64,000 nt of DNA from Candidatus Hodarchaeota archaeon (GTDB taxonomy: Archaea; Asgardarchaeota; Lokiarchaeia; Sigyniarchaeales; SOKP01): the NCBI GenBank assembly GCA_048887225.1, contig JBHLJY010000011.1, positions 13,326 through 77,325 of the forward strand, written 5' to 3'. The translations under genes were made by a program, and so were the position numbers. Numbering within the stretch: position 1 is the stretch's first letter; each line of letters begins with the position of its first letter. The notes beneath the pieces are model-generated. The model had not been told where the DNA came from, made no database searches, and saw nothing but the letters and a program-made list of their open reading frames with translations. Below are positions 30,143 through 40,310 of the stretch, piece after piece.

Positions 30143-30586
30143 ATGTCAGAAATAAAATTAGAAAAATTTGATCAGATTGGCATCGTAGTGAGAGATATTG
30201 ATAAATCAAAAAAAATGCTAGAGACTTTTTTAGATTTTAAAAAAAACTTAAATATAGTGGAACAAAGTTCGACAGTAATATACCACGATAAAGAAGTAAC
30301 GTTTAAAATGAAGAAGATTATGCAAACTTTTGGAGGTAAACAATTTGAGATATGTCAGGTAATAGAATCCACAGGAGATCATCTATATTTAGAATTCCTT
30401 AAAGAAGGAAAAGAAGGATTGCATCACTTGGGGATTTATACGAAAGATGCAGATAAATTAATAGAACATTATAAAAAAGAATATTATATAGATGTAATAC
30501 AAACCGGCACAGTTGGGAAGGTTAATTTTTATTATCTTGATACAAAAGATTCTCTAGGATTTTATATCGAATTAATTGCTTTTTAA
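30143..30586 (+). CDS. VOC/methylmalonyl-CoA epimerase-like protein
   Basis: QIGIVVRD, FE, EGLHHLG, YLDT....G..IEL. Confidence 0.85.
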   Translation: MSEIKLEKFDQIGIVVRDIDKSKKMLETFLDFKKNLNIVEQSSTVIYHDKEVTFKMKKIMQTFGGKQFEICQVIESTGDHLYLEFLKEGKEGLHHLGIYTKDADKLIEHYKKEYYIDVIQTGTVGKVNFYYLDTKDSLGFYIELIAF

Positions 30587-30673
30587 TATGATACCAATTC
30601 ATCTCATTGATTATTCTTGTTATTATTTCTCATAGTGAAAAAGTTTATTTTTAAATTTTTATAAATCTTTTAT

Positions 30674-32407
30674 ATGGCTGAAGAAACTTTAGATGGTGGA
30701 GATTTATTAGTTAAATGCCTTTTAAAAGAGGGCGTTAAAAAAATTTTCGGAATTGTTGGTGGCGAATTATTAAGAATTTACGATGCTATAGAAAGATATG
30801 GTCGCAAAGAAGGGATCGATACCGTAATGGTGCGACATGAACAAGCAGCAGGTCACGCAGCTGATGCATGGGCTCGAGCAACTGGCGAAATTGGGGTCTG
30901 TATGGGAACAGCAGGTCCAGGAGTCACGCATTTAGTTCCGGCAATTGCTGCAGCTAACGCAGATTCCATTCCTATGTTGGTTATAGGCGCACAAATAGCT
31001 AGAATGTTTGATGATACTGGTATACTTCAAGGAGGTTTAGATCAGCTAAAATTAATGGAACCTATAACGAAATTACAAGTTTCTGTAGAAGATCCTTATG
31101 AGATTCCTCATGCTGTTCAGAGATCAATTAAAACTGCGATGTCTGGAAGACAAGGGCCTGTATTTCTTGAATTGAGGGAAACTGCTTTAGTAAGAAAAGC
31201 AAAAAATGAAGATATTAAAAAGATTTTAGAACCTGAAAAATACAGACCAGTTTATAGACCTATAGGTAATCCCAATGTAATAAAAGCTGCTGTCGAGATT
31301 TTAAAAACTTCACTAAAACCTTTAATTGTTGCCGGTGGTGGCGTGAATGCATCAGGAGCTTTTGAAGAATTGAAAAGAATATCAGGAACTTATAATATTC
31401 CAGCTGGAACAACTTTTAACGGTATAGGAGGAATTACAACAAATAAAACTTTTGTAGGAGCAAAATTGACTGCTAATGCTTACAGAAGGGCAGCAATTGA
31501 AGCAGACGTTGTCATATCAGTCGGTTGTAAATGGGATTATACAATACTTTATGGAGCATCTCCATTGTGGAATCAAGATCAAAAAATTATTCAAATTGAT
31601 ATTGATCCTAAAGAAATTGGTAAAAATAGACCTGTAGAGGTTGGAATTACTGGTGATGCAAAAGCGGTGATTAATCAACTCTTAATTGAAATGGAGAAGA
31701 ACCTTCCTAAAGAAAAAATAACTGAGTGGTCTGAATGGAACAATTATTTACAAGATATTAGAAAAAATGATAGAGATTTTATAGATAAAGTATTAAAATA
31801 TGACAAATTACCTATGAAACCTCATAGACTAGCATATGAAGTACTAGACTTTATACCTGATGATGCTCAATTAGTTCTTGATGGCGGGGATATATTTGTT
31901 TTTACAATGGACTTAGTTAGCCTTAAGCCTCGTGCACCAAGAAGTACTTTTTATCCGGTTTCAATGGGACATTTAGGAACCGGAATACCTCACGCAATTG
32001 GAGTCCAAATGGCAAAACCAGATAAAAAAGTTATTTGTATTACGGGGGATGGAAGTTTTATGTTTAATGTACAAGAATTAGAAACAGCCGTAAGGCTTAA
32101 TCTACCTATTATTATCATAATTGGGAATAATTGCGCTTGGGGTATGATTAAAAGTAATCAAAAAAATAATTTTGAAAAAAGATATTGCGATGTTGATTTT
32201 CCTCCGATTAATTATGCTGAAATTGCAAAAGGTTTTGGATGTTTTGCAGAAAAAATTGAACGACCTGAAGATATTAAACCCGCTCTTAAACAAGCTTTTG
32301 GATCCGATAAACCAGCAGTCATTGATGTAGACATTGCATTTGAAACACCTCCAGCAATGAAGTTAATTGGTTTATATAAAAAAAGTAAAGGCCTTTTTGG
32401 AAAATAA
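30674..32407 (+). CDS. ThDP-dependent enzyme (acetolactate synthase-like / 2-hydroxyacyl-CoA lyase-like)
   Basis: RHEQAA, TAGPG, DGGD, GDGSF...ELETA...NN..WG ThDP-binding motif. Confidence 0.88.
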   Translation: MAEETLDGGDLLVKCLLKEGVKKIFGIVGGELLRIYDAIERYGRKEGIDTVMVRHEQAAGHAADAWARATGEIGVCMGTAGPGVTHLVPAIAAANADSIPMLVIGAQIARMFDDTGILQGGLDQLKLMEPITKLQVSVEDPYEIPHAVQRSIKTAMSGRQGPVFLELRETALVRKAKNEDIKKILEPEKYRPVYRPIGNPNVIKAAVEILKTSLKPLIVAGGGVNASGAFEELKRISGTYNIPAGTTFNGIGGITTNKTFVGAKLTANAYRRAAIEADVVISVGCKWDYTILYGASPLWNQDQKIIQIDIDPKEIGKNRPVEVGITGDAKAVINQLLIEMEKNLPKEKITEWSEWNNYLQDIRKNDRDFIDKVLKYDKLPMKPHRLAYEVLDFIPDDAQLVLDGGDIFVFTMDLVSLKPRAPRSTFYPVSMGHLGTGIPHAIGVQMAKPDKKVICITGDGSFMFNVQELETAVRLNLPIIIIIGNNCAWGMIKSNQKNNFEKRYCDVDFPPINYAEIAKGFGCFAEKIERPEDIKPALKQAFGSDKPAVIDVDIAFETPPAMKLIGLYKKSKGLFGK

Positions 32408-32460
32408 ATAATAAAAAATTAATTTAATTTTTTAACTTAAATTTTGTTAATAGGATAAAT

Positions 32461-33264
32461 ATGATAGATAACAAATTTTTAGAAGGAAAAGTAGCTTTAA
32501 TTACTGGAGCTGGAAGTGGTTTCGGACGAGAAATGGCAAAAACATTCGCTAAAAGAGGTGCAAATTTGGTAATAAATGATATTAATATTGATGGTTTAGA
32601 ACAAACCCGTGATATTATTCTGAAAGATCATAAAATTGAAATTCTTTTAGCTAAAGCAGATATTTCTAATTCAAATGAAGTAAATAACATGGCTAAAAAA
32701 GTTTCTGATAAATTTGATAATATATTTTTATTAGTAAATAATGCGGGAATAGATGGAGGATTATATGCCTCTTTGAAAGCTAAGGAACAAATATATGATA
32801 AAGTTATGGCAGTAAATGTAAAAGGCGCGTGGAATGTCACAAAAGCATTTTTCAGACAGATGAAAAGACAAAGGCAATTCGAACCAATCAGAGGAAAGAT
32901 TATAAATATAGCATCATGTGCAGGAACGAATAACGGTATTAATCCTTATATTGGTGTTTATAGTGCAAGCAAGGCCGCTCTCATTGCTTTCACAAAATTA
33001 TGGGCCCTAGAGCTAGGACCAAGCAATATTACAGTGAATGCTATATCTCCAGGTGTATTTTTGACTCCAATATATAAAAATGATCGAAAACTTATTAGAC
33101 AATTTTTAGATACAAGAGGTGTTAAACTTCCTATAAACAAGATAGGGGAAGCAAAATGGGTTGCTGATTTAGCATTATTCCTTGCTTCACCTGCTGCAAA
33201 TTACATTACTGGTCAAAATTTGATTTTGGACGGAGGTATGACAATTTCTATAAATAAACTCTAA
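32461..33264 (+). CDS. Short-chain dehydrogenase/reductase
   Basis: TGAGSGFG, NNAG, YSASK, VNAI.PG, ITGQ...DGG. Confidence 0.93.
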   Translation: MIDNKFLEGKVALITGAGSGFGREMAKTFAKRGANLVINDINIDGLEQTRDIILKDHKIEILLAKADISNSNEVNNMAKKVSDKFDNIFLLVNNAGIDGGLYASLKAKEQIYDKVMAVNVKGAWNVTKAFFRQMKRQRQFEPIRGKIINIASCAGTNNGINPYIGVYSASKAALIAFTKLWALELGPSNITVNAISPGVFLTPIYKNDRKLIRQFLDTRGVKLPINKIGEAKWVADLALFLASPAANYITGQNLILDGGMTISINKL

Positions 33265-33316
33265 AAAAATTTTTTTTAATATATTAAATACTTCTTTTAA
33301 AACTCAACTTTAAAAT

Positions 33317-34765
33317 CTATTCCTTGTTCACATTATTTAATGAGGCTTTCAGCACGCTTTCGAATTTATCACAGATATAATCTGCATCTTCCTCTGTTAT
33401 ATTAAGTGGAGGTTTTATTTTGATTAAATTTCGCATTAATAATTTTCCAGTTCCGCTTAAATATGGCATACTAGGTCCAAAAAATATGTTTTGTTTAACG
33501 CCTTCCAAGAGCATATCTTCCATCAGTTCAGTAAAGGGCTCTCTTGATTTTTGATCTTTTACCAACTCAATTCCAATAAACAATCCTGGACCCCGTATAT
33601 CACCCATAACTTCGTATTTTTCTTGAAGCTCTAGTAGTCTATTTGTTATTTGTTTGCCCTTGATTTCGCATTTTTCTCCTATTTTTGCCCTTTCGATAAC
33701 TTTAAAAGTAGCAAGTCCAGCTGTACAACCTATTGGCGTGCTAGAGAATGTTGTGTGATCCTCTGCTGGAGTAAATCTTTTTTTGATTTTTGTAGTAGCA
33801 ACCATTGCCCCTAACGGGAAGCCTCCTCCAACGGCTTTCGTGAAACACATCATATCAGGAGATACATCTATTCCCAATTCTTTCTCATATTTTTCTGTAA
33901 GAGTGAAATACTTTCCAGTTCTCCACACCGCTGTTTGAGATTCGTCATATATAACGAAAATTTTTTCTTGCTCGCAGATCTCTCTTAATTTTATAAGGAA
34001 CTTGGGTGGAAAAGGAATATGCCCCCCCGCAGCCTGCCAAGGTTCTAAAATCACTCCAGCAAGTTGTCTCGAGGTTAAACCCATTAAATATTTCTCAACT
34101 AAATCGAAACACTCCAAATTACATTGAGGATCCTTTTTACCATATAAACCATTTTTATACTTCCATAAGCATCGATAACAATAAGGTTGTGGGACCCTTG
34201 TAAAAAAATCAATCCCAAATGTTCTAAACCTCGTTATACTATGAATAGGGTGACTAGCGGATAAGGTTGATAATGTGTTTCCATGGTATCCTCCCCTAAA
34301 TACTAAAAAATGATCCCCGCCTTTCGATGCAATCATTGCAAGCTTTATAGCAGCTTCAATTGCCAAACTGCCGCCTTCATTATTAATATGAACTCTCCCT
34401 CCTTTCAATCTACCGGGGGATAATTCAGCTATTTTATTAACAAATTTAGCGCGAGCAGGAGATATAACACTGGATTTTGTGTGAGTCAGTCTTTTCATTT
34501 GTTCAGCAACAGCATAGTTTACATCAGAATTGGCAAAACCTAGGGCTAAAGTCCAATTCTGTGAGGTGCAATCTAAAATTTCGGTTTTTTCTCCAGTTTT
34601 AAAATCTTTTGCAATAACCCATGCAGATCCCGGTTCTTTAGCTTCAATTAAAACCTTGGGTTCATAATAGACATTTAAACAATGATTCTCAAACAATAAC
34701 AGTTCTTCTGAATTTATATCTGCTGAAATTCTGCTCAATTCATCTTTTAACTCAAAATCAGCCAT
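33317..34765 (-). CDS. Class III PLP aminotransferase
   Basis: GS.A.EAAIKLA, YHG.T, EP.Q, DESQT...RTG, TKAVGGG (PLP Lys), IRG.GL..G.E. Confidence 0.92.
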   Translation of the reverse strand: MADFELKDELSRISADINSEELLLFENHCLNVYYEPKVLIEAKEPGSAWVIAKDFKTGEKTEILDCTSQNWTLALGFANSDVNYAVAEQMKRLTHTKSSVISPARAKFVNKIAELSPGRLKGGRVHINNEGGSLAIEAAIKLAMIASKGGDHFLVFRGGYHGNTLSTLSASHPIHSITRFRTFGIDFFTRVPQPYCYRCLWKYKNGLYGKKDPQCNLECFDLVEKYLMGLTSRQLAGVILEPWQAAGGHIPFPPKFLIKLREICEQEKIFVIYDESQTAVWRTGKYFTLTEKYEKELGIDVSPDMMCFTKAVGGGFPLGAMVATTKIKKRFTPAEDHTTFSSTPIGCTAGLATFKVIERAKIGEKCEIKGKQITNRLLELQEKYEVMGDIRGPGLFIGIELVKDQKSREPFTELMEDMLLEGVKQNIFFGPSMPYLSGTGKLLMRNLIKIKPPLNITEEDADYICDKFESVLKASLNNVNKE

Positions 34766-34850
34766 TTTAATTTCCCATATAAAATTTTTACATTAACTTA
34801 ATATTAGATAGATTTTATTCTTTGATATTTATTTAAACCATTTATTTTAA

Positions 34851-35357
34851 CTAGAATTCCATTAAATTACTGTAATATCTTTCATTTTCATGACTAACCT
34901 CCTTTAATGTAATGAAACCATTAGCAATCCAGAAGTAATGTGCCGTTAAATTTTTAATTAGTGAATTTGCCATGATGGAAGAATGCGTTCCTTGTTCTTT
35001 GCAGAAACCTATTATAAAATCTAACAGACTTTTACCATGCCCAAGACGTCTAAATTTAGATTTGATATAAAATTCTGCAATGCTATAATATTTTTCCCTT
35101 GCTCTCAGTAAACAAAATCCAATCAACTCATTGTTAATATATGCTACAAAAGGAAACCTATCTGATTCAGTCCAATAATGATCAAAGTATTTATCTGATG
35201 TTATTTCTCCCGTTTGATTTTCTTGAAATTGCTCAAGTTCTTTAGAATATATTAATAATGCTTTATAAATTTCATTTTTGTCTTCGATCGAAGCCGAAAG
35301 AATTTTCAGAGACATTTTATATTCAAGATTTATGCCCTTTTTTAATTCTAATAACAT
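34851..35357 (-). CDS. GNAT acetyltransferase
   Basis: IAEFYI..KFRRLGHG, N..A..FW; start may be ATG 35315. Confidence 0.85.
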   Translation of the reverse strand: MLLELKKGINLEYKMSLKILSASIEDKNEIYKALLIYSKELEQFQENQTGEITSDKYFDHYWTESDRFPFVAYINNELIGFCLLRAREKYYSIAEFYIKSKFRRLGHGKSLLDFIIGFCKEQGTHSSIMANSLIKNLTAHYFWIANGFITLKEVSHENERYYSNLMEF

Positions 35358-35497
35358 TTAAACTGTTTATATTAAATAAATATTTGATAAATTTTATTCT
35401 CTAATATTTATTAGAAATACTCTAAATTATAATAACCATGAATGAAAAATTTAGCATTAATACCAAGCTATTTAGGGAAATAATGTAAAAATTAGAT

Positions 35498-36082
35498 TTA
35501 TTTTCTATGACTTTTTTTTGCGCGAATGCTGGGGCGTGTTTTTTCAGAACCCCATCCTTTCTTTCTTAAACCCCTTGCTCTCTTTCCCGCAGATGTTAAG
35601 CCTCTAGTTACTCTCTTTTTATGAGCAGATTCACAAATCCAATTTATTTTAGGATCTGATTTAATTACAGGGTGGCTTGGATCAACTAAAATTACCTCAT
35701 AATACCAATTTTTTCCGTCTGAATATATTTTATAGGAATTTAATACTTGCATATTTGGATATTTTCTCTGGACTCGCTCTTCTGCAACCCATTGCAAGTT
35801 TTTACCTGTAGTATATTTTGAAACTCCCATTGCTCGTGGTTTTCTCCCACGTTTTGGTCTTGTTTTATGCATTCCACCTTTTCTAATCCTTGCTCTTACA
35901 ATAACATATCCTTGTTTTGCTTTATATCCCAATGAACGTGCTCGATGAATTTTTGTTGGCTTATCAATTCTTTGAATAGATTTACCTCTTCGATATTCAA
36001 TTCCTCGATACCAATGGGGTGTCTGAAAGCCTTTCTCATGTTTTTCAAATGTTTCTTTTACATGATTATATCCAGACTTCAA
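35498..36082 (-). CDS. rpl15e: 50S ribosomal protein eL15
   Basis: [44 protein letters not shown]. Confidence 0.97.
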   Translation of the reverse strand: MKSGYNHVKETFEKHEKGFQTPHWYRGIEYRRGKSIQRIDKPTKIHRARSLGYKAKQGYVIVRARIRKGGMHKTRPKRGRKPRAMGVSKYTTGKNLQWVAEERVQRKYPNMQVLNSYKIYSDGKNWYYEVILVDPSHPVIKSDPKINWICESAHKKRVTRGLTSAGKRARGLRKKGWGSEKTRPSIRAKKSHRK

Positions 36083-36159
36083 TTTATATTAGCACACTCG
36101 TGAATTTATATTAATTAAAAATAAGCATATATTATTATTTTTATTATTATTGAGACAGA

Positions 36160-37083
36160 TTATAACTCCTTAAAATAATTAATAATTTTATATGAGATCA
36201 TTACACTCGCTAGCAATTGAGTCTCCTCAGTTTGACTTCCAATATGGGGAGTAAGTATTAAATTTTCTTTACACTTCCATAATTTCTCGTCCCTTAATGG
36301 CTCCTCTCTGTAAACATCGAGGGCCGCGCCACCAATATCTTTATTCTTTAGTGCCCTAATTAAGGCTTCTTCATCAATTAGATTTCCTCTAGCAGTATTT
36401 ATTATTAATGTGTTTTTATTCATCAATTTTAACCTTCTCTCATCAATAGTATTTTCTGTTTCTACTGTCGCAGGGATATGCAATGAGACGATTTGGGCAT
36501 TTTGTATTAATTCGTCTACAGAATGATACACTACGTATCCTAAGTCTTGAGCTTTTTTCTTAGCATTCTGATCGACATCATAGATCCCAATTTCCATTTC
36601 AAATCCAGAACATCTTTTAGCAACCGCTTGGCCAATATTGCCGAATCCTATTAATCCTATTTTTTTTCCTTTTAATATATTACCCATATAACTACTTTTT
36701 AACCATTCGCCACGATGCATACTTTCGTCCGCTTTTGAAATGTATCTAATTAGATTTAATAATAGTCCTATTGTAAGTTCCGCTACAGAAATAGAAGGAG
36801 CTTCTGGTGTATTTAATATTTTAATGTTTAATTCTTTTGCTTTTTTTAGGTTAATATTGTCAAGACCAACACCAGCTCTTCCAATTACTTTTAAATTTTT
36901 TGCGTTTTCTAAAACATCCGCCGTTAATTTTGTTCTTGAACGTATAACTATGGCATCATAGTTCTCAATTTCTTTTATCAAATCTTCGTGACTAATAGAA
37001 AAATTCTTTACAACTTCAAACCCGCTATCTTGAAATATTTTAATCCCTTCCTCGTGAAGCCGATCTGAAATTAATACCTTCAT
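36160..37083 (-). CDS. D-isomer 2-hydroxyacid dehydrogenase (short SerA-like)
   Basis: RAGVGLDN, SVAEL, GFGNIG, INTARG, ALDV, TPHIG; no ACT domain. Confidence 0.9.
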   Translation of the reverse strand: MKVLISDRLHEEGIKIFQDSGFEVVKNFSISHEDLIKEIENYDAIVIRSRTKLTADVLENAKNLKVIGRAGVGLDNINLKKAKELNIKILNTPEAPSISVAELTIGLLLNLIRYISKADESMHRGEWLKSSYMGNILKGKKIGLIGFGNIGQAVAKRCSGFEMEIGIYDVDQNAKKKAQDLGYVVYHSVDELIQNAQIVSLHIPATVETENTIDERRLKLMNKNTLIINTARGNLIDEEALIRALKNKDIGGAALDVYREEPLRDEKLWKCKENLILTPHIGSQTEETQLLASVMISYKIINYFKEL

Positions 37084-37176
37084 TTAATCCAATAAGAAAT
37101 AATTTTATAATTGTAATTAAATTATTTAAATCTGTAAATTAATTTAAAGATTTATTTGCTATTTGATGTTTAATTA

Positions 37177-37635
37177 TTGATGAAAAATAATAAAAAGGAT
37201 AAAATTCCTTCCGGAAAAGATGAAATTGAAGACAAAGAAGGATTAAATGTCTGTTACGATAAAAAAGAACTTAATGAATTTTTACCTCATTTAATGACAG
37301 AAATCTCTAACAAAAAGCAATCAATGAAAATTAATTCAATTAGTAATGATAATGAGGAAAAAATCCAAAATCAATATGAGTGTCTTCCAAATGAGTTAAT
37401 TAATCCTGGAGCAATTGATTTTATTAGAAGATGTACTAAGAATGAAGAGGCTTTCGAAATATTAGATTATTTATTGGAAAGAAATGAGTTAACTCGTGAA
37501 GAGTATAATTTATATAAAAAACAAATTATGAAGAAGGGGGGTTTAAAAACCCTTATTAAAGAGAGTGGTGGTCTAAAGCGTCCGGGATATTATTTAAATA
37601 AATATTATAAAAAAGATAGTAAAAATCAAAATTAA
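37177..37635 (+). CDS. DUF2095 family protein
   Basis: PHL..EI, P..IDFIRRC...EA.EI.DYL....E, K.PGYY. Confidence 0.8.
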   Translation: MMKNNKKDKIPSGKDEIEDKEGLNVCYDKKELNEFLPHLMTEISNKKQSMKINSISNDNEEKIQNQYECLPNELINPGAIDFIRRCTKNEEAFEILDYLLERNELTREEYNLYKKQIMKKGGLKTLIKESGGLKRPGYYLNKYYKKDSKNQN

Positions 37636-37662
37636 AAAGCAACAAATACTAATTTAAATTAG

Positions 37663-37746
37663 ATTTATATTGATGATGAACTCTATGACAAATAGAGCTG
37701 CTCGCTCGGCAGCGAGGAACCTGTCGCCCCAATCTGAAATATAAAT
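37663..37746 (+). ncRNA. Box C/D guide sRNA, predicted to target LSU rRNA Gm2251 (E. coli numbering)
   Basis: Box C ATGATGA (37673-79), box D CTGA (37734-37), perfect 9-bp terminal stem ATTTATATT/AATATAAAT with a 3-nt K-turn bulge, guide TGTCGCCCCAA complementary to the P-loop UGGGGCG; GC-rich island in AT-rich DNA. Confidence 0.8.
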
Positions 37747-37763
37747 TTCTTTCTAATTAACAG

Positions 37764-38033
37764 TCACGTTTTATTTTCTATTTCTTTTTTAAAATTTAAT
37801 CCTCTTTCTGTTAGAAAATATTCGTTATTATTTTTATAAATTAAATTTAAATCAAGTAATACAGGGATCCTTCCTTTAATACACGATAACGAACACCCTG
37901 TAAATAGTTTTATAATTTTAAAATTCTTTGCACCTCGATCAATTGCCAGCAGAATCTCAATTCCCATATCTCCTAATAAATATTTCAAATCGTCTACAGA
38001 TTCATTCTCAAAAAATTTATCGTCTTTAGGCAT
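37764..38033 (-). CDS. Small winged-helix protein
   Basis: EILLAI..G, I...TG.S...I..RI..L..L.LI, Y.LT.RG. Confidence 0.75.
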   Translation of the reverse strand: MPKDDKFFENESVDDLKYLLGDMGIEILLAIDRGAKNFKIIKLFTGCSLSCIKGRIPVLLDLNLIYKNNNEYFLTERGLNFKKEIENKT

Positions 38034-38074
38034 TGCAAATCAAAAATTTAAAATCAGTTATCATTTTTTTTCAG

Positions 38075-39334
38075 TTATTTTTTTGAAGAATCTTTTTTTT
38101 CTCCCGAAGATGATAATTCTTCCAGGAACCTATTTATTTTTGCAATTCGTGTTTTTTGTGGTTCTCTATCTTTAACATCTCTAAAGATTTCAGCCAGCCT
38201 TGGACTATATTTATTTGCAATAACTGGTTCGACCTCTTTAGGCAATAACTTTCGTAAATATTCCGGAAAAGAGGTGGTTATCTGTATATTTGTCTTTAAA
38301 ACAATATATCTCTCATCCTCGAATTTCAATTCTTCAATAATATCAACCTCCTCTAAATAATCAATTATTTCAATTAAAGAATCGAGAGTTTTTTTTGAAA
38401 CTATTTTTGATAACTGATCTCTACGGATCAAGCCATCTCTTAATTCTGAAAGAATATTGTATTTTTTACTATCTGAAATTATTTGAAAGAGAGTAAAAGC
38501 GTCTTCTTTAAGCTCCGCTCTGCTTTTATTTTCAAAACTACTAAAAAAATCTTGAACTTTTGGAAGTAATAAATCAATTAGTTCAGGGGTTTCATCGATG
38601 TATTCAATTACACTATCAGGAGGTATTCTCTCAGCATTTACCTCTTTTAATAAAAGCACGTACTTTTCTACTAAACCGATTTGATTTATAAATATAAATT
38701 GTTTTTCAATTAAAGTGTCGACCATCTCATTAAAATCTATTTCTGGATAATTTTCAATAAACCATTCTTCTAAATCTTCTAAAGTGATTGGTCCTTTTGA
38801 TAATTTTTCTAGCGTCAAAAATATATGTTTTTTATTTAATAAATACGCAATTTTCTCTTCCTCCGTCCTCTCGCGAGTTTCTTCCACTGTTGCCCAATAT
38901 AATTCTTTAACCAATAGCTTTATTAAAGAATCATTCTTGATAATGCTCCCTCTATCAGTTTCATCAAAATTGTTTAGGTCGTTTATATAAAAAGCCGTAA
39001 AAATTTCATCGTTTGCTTGTAATCTTTTGGAAAAATCCTTAGATAACGTTGATACAATTTGTTCCATCTCGGGGGAGCTTTGTTGATCAAATATTATCGA
39101 GATCATTAGCATTTCTTTATTACCGCGAGCCCAATCTGAGTGTATTTCGAAATAATAATTCATACTATTTAAATTTTCAAAAGAATGAGTAAAAAAACCT
39201 TCATTAAATGTCTGGTCCATTATATTTGCTATTCGAACGCTTAATTCTTCATCTAATACTCCTTCAGGATACGAATAGAACACGAGAGGTCCTATTTTAC
39301 GATGAAAATAGCTTAAAGAAACAATAGTAGTCAA
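38075..39334 (-). CDS. uDENN/longin (FLCN/SMCR8/NPRL2-like) domain protein with C-terminal winged-helix-like repeats
   Basis: LSYFHRKIGP....YP at the N-terminus and F.I.S..ARG...M..I motif. Confidence 0.65.
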   Translation of the reverse strand: MTTIVSLSYFHRKIGPLVFYSYPEGVLDEELSVRIANIMDQTFNEGFFTHSFENLNSMNYYFEIHSDWARGNKEMLMISIIFDQQSSPEMEQIVSTLSKDFSKRLQANDEIFTAFYINDLNNFDETDRGSIIKNDSLIKLLVKELYWATVEETRERTEEEKIAYLLNKKHIFLTLEKLSKGPITLEDLEEWFIENYPEIDFNEMVDTLIEKQFIFINQIGLVEKYVLLLKEVNAERIPPDSVIEYIDETPELIDLLLPKVQDFFSSFENKSRAELKEDAFTLFQIISDSKKYNILSELRDGLIRRDQLSKIVSKKTLDSLIEIIDYLEEVDIIEELKFEDERYIVLKTNIQITTSFPEYLRKLLPKEVEPVIANKYSPRLAEIFRDVKDREPQKTRIAKINRFLEELSSSGEKKDSSKK

Positions 39335-39539
39335 TTAATGATTCTCCTTAAATTTTTACTTATAACTGATTAAAATCTTTTTAAGATGTATATGGTTATT
39401 CTAAATTAATATTGAAGATTATATGTTTTTACAAATAAATAAATTTATCTTATCAAAATGTCTATTAACGTTTGTAATTATACCAATCAAATTGCATTAT
39501 TTATTTAATTTCTTTTTAAAAACCAATTTTCTTATAAAA

Positions 39540-40310
39540 ATGAGCCATAAAATAAAACTAGTAGGATTTGATTTGGATGACTGTCTTTTTGATTCTACTG
39601 GCTTATCTGAAAGAGCTAGAATTAAAGGTATAGAGTCTATGATTAAATTAGGATTGAAGATTGACCAAGGAAAAGCAATAAAAATTATTCAAGAAATTGT
39701 GAAGGAATACGGTTCAAATAGCTCAAAACATTATAATTATTTCATTCGAAGATATAATCGACTTGAAGATGTAGGAGAACCAATCTCATACTCTAATCAA
39801 TTTAAATTTATATCTGCTGCGGTAATGGCTTATCACGCTGAAAAAATTAATTCTATTAAATTGTATGATGATGTAGAACCATGTTTAAAAAAGCTACGAG
39901 ATCTATCTATTAAAACAGCAATTATAACTGATGGTCGGCCACTTAAACAATATGAAAAAATTTTAAGATTGGGAATAGATAATTTAATAGATCTAACCGT
40001 AATTTCGGATGAGATTGGAATAAGAAAGCCTAATCCCAAACTTTTTGATCATTGTTTAAAAAAATTTGGAGTAAAAGGACCAGAATGTATCTATGTTGGC
40101 GATCGAATTGATAAGGATATTATTCCTGCGTTATTAAACAATATTCATAGTGTGTATATTCATCGAGGAGGAAAGTACGACTCATATAAAACTGGTGTTA
40201 AAATTCCTCAAGAAACTAAACCCGATTATGAAATTTCAAATTTAGATGAACTTTTTGTTATAATAGATGAAATCAATAAAAAATTACTCCTTAATGACAA
40301 ATTAGAATGA
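39540..40310 (+). CDS. HAD-superfamily hydrolase
   Basis: FDLDDCL, IITDG, KP.P..F, YVGDR..KDI; likely start ATG 39540 rather than 39423. Confidence 0.9.
   Translation: MSHKIKLVGFDLDDCLFDSTGLSERARIKGIESMIKLGLKIDQGKAIKIIQEIVKEYGSNSSKHYNYFIRRYNRLEDVGEPISYSNQFKFISAAVMAYHAEKINSIKLYDDVEPCLKKLRDLSIKTAIITDGRPLKQYEKILRLGIDNLIDLTVISDEIGIRKPNPKLFDHCLKKFGVKGPECIYVGDRIDKDIIPALLNNIHSVYIHRGGKYDSYKTGVKIPQETKPDYEISNLDELFVIIDEINKKLLLNDKLE

Noticed and set aside
30674-34765. Taurine pathway (Tpa/Xsc/IsfD)
   Set aside because: The family combination fits, but I see no Xsc-specific motifs, pta or sulfite exporter.
37671-37740. Riboswitch, SECIS or terminator interpretation of the GC-rich island
   Set aside because: It lies between convergent genes; C/D boxes, K-turn geometry and the rRNA guide explain it better.
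39423-39539. N-terminal extension of the HAD ORF
   Set aside because: Low-complexity read-through of promoter DNA; HAD motif I begins just after ATG 39540.
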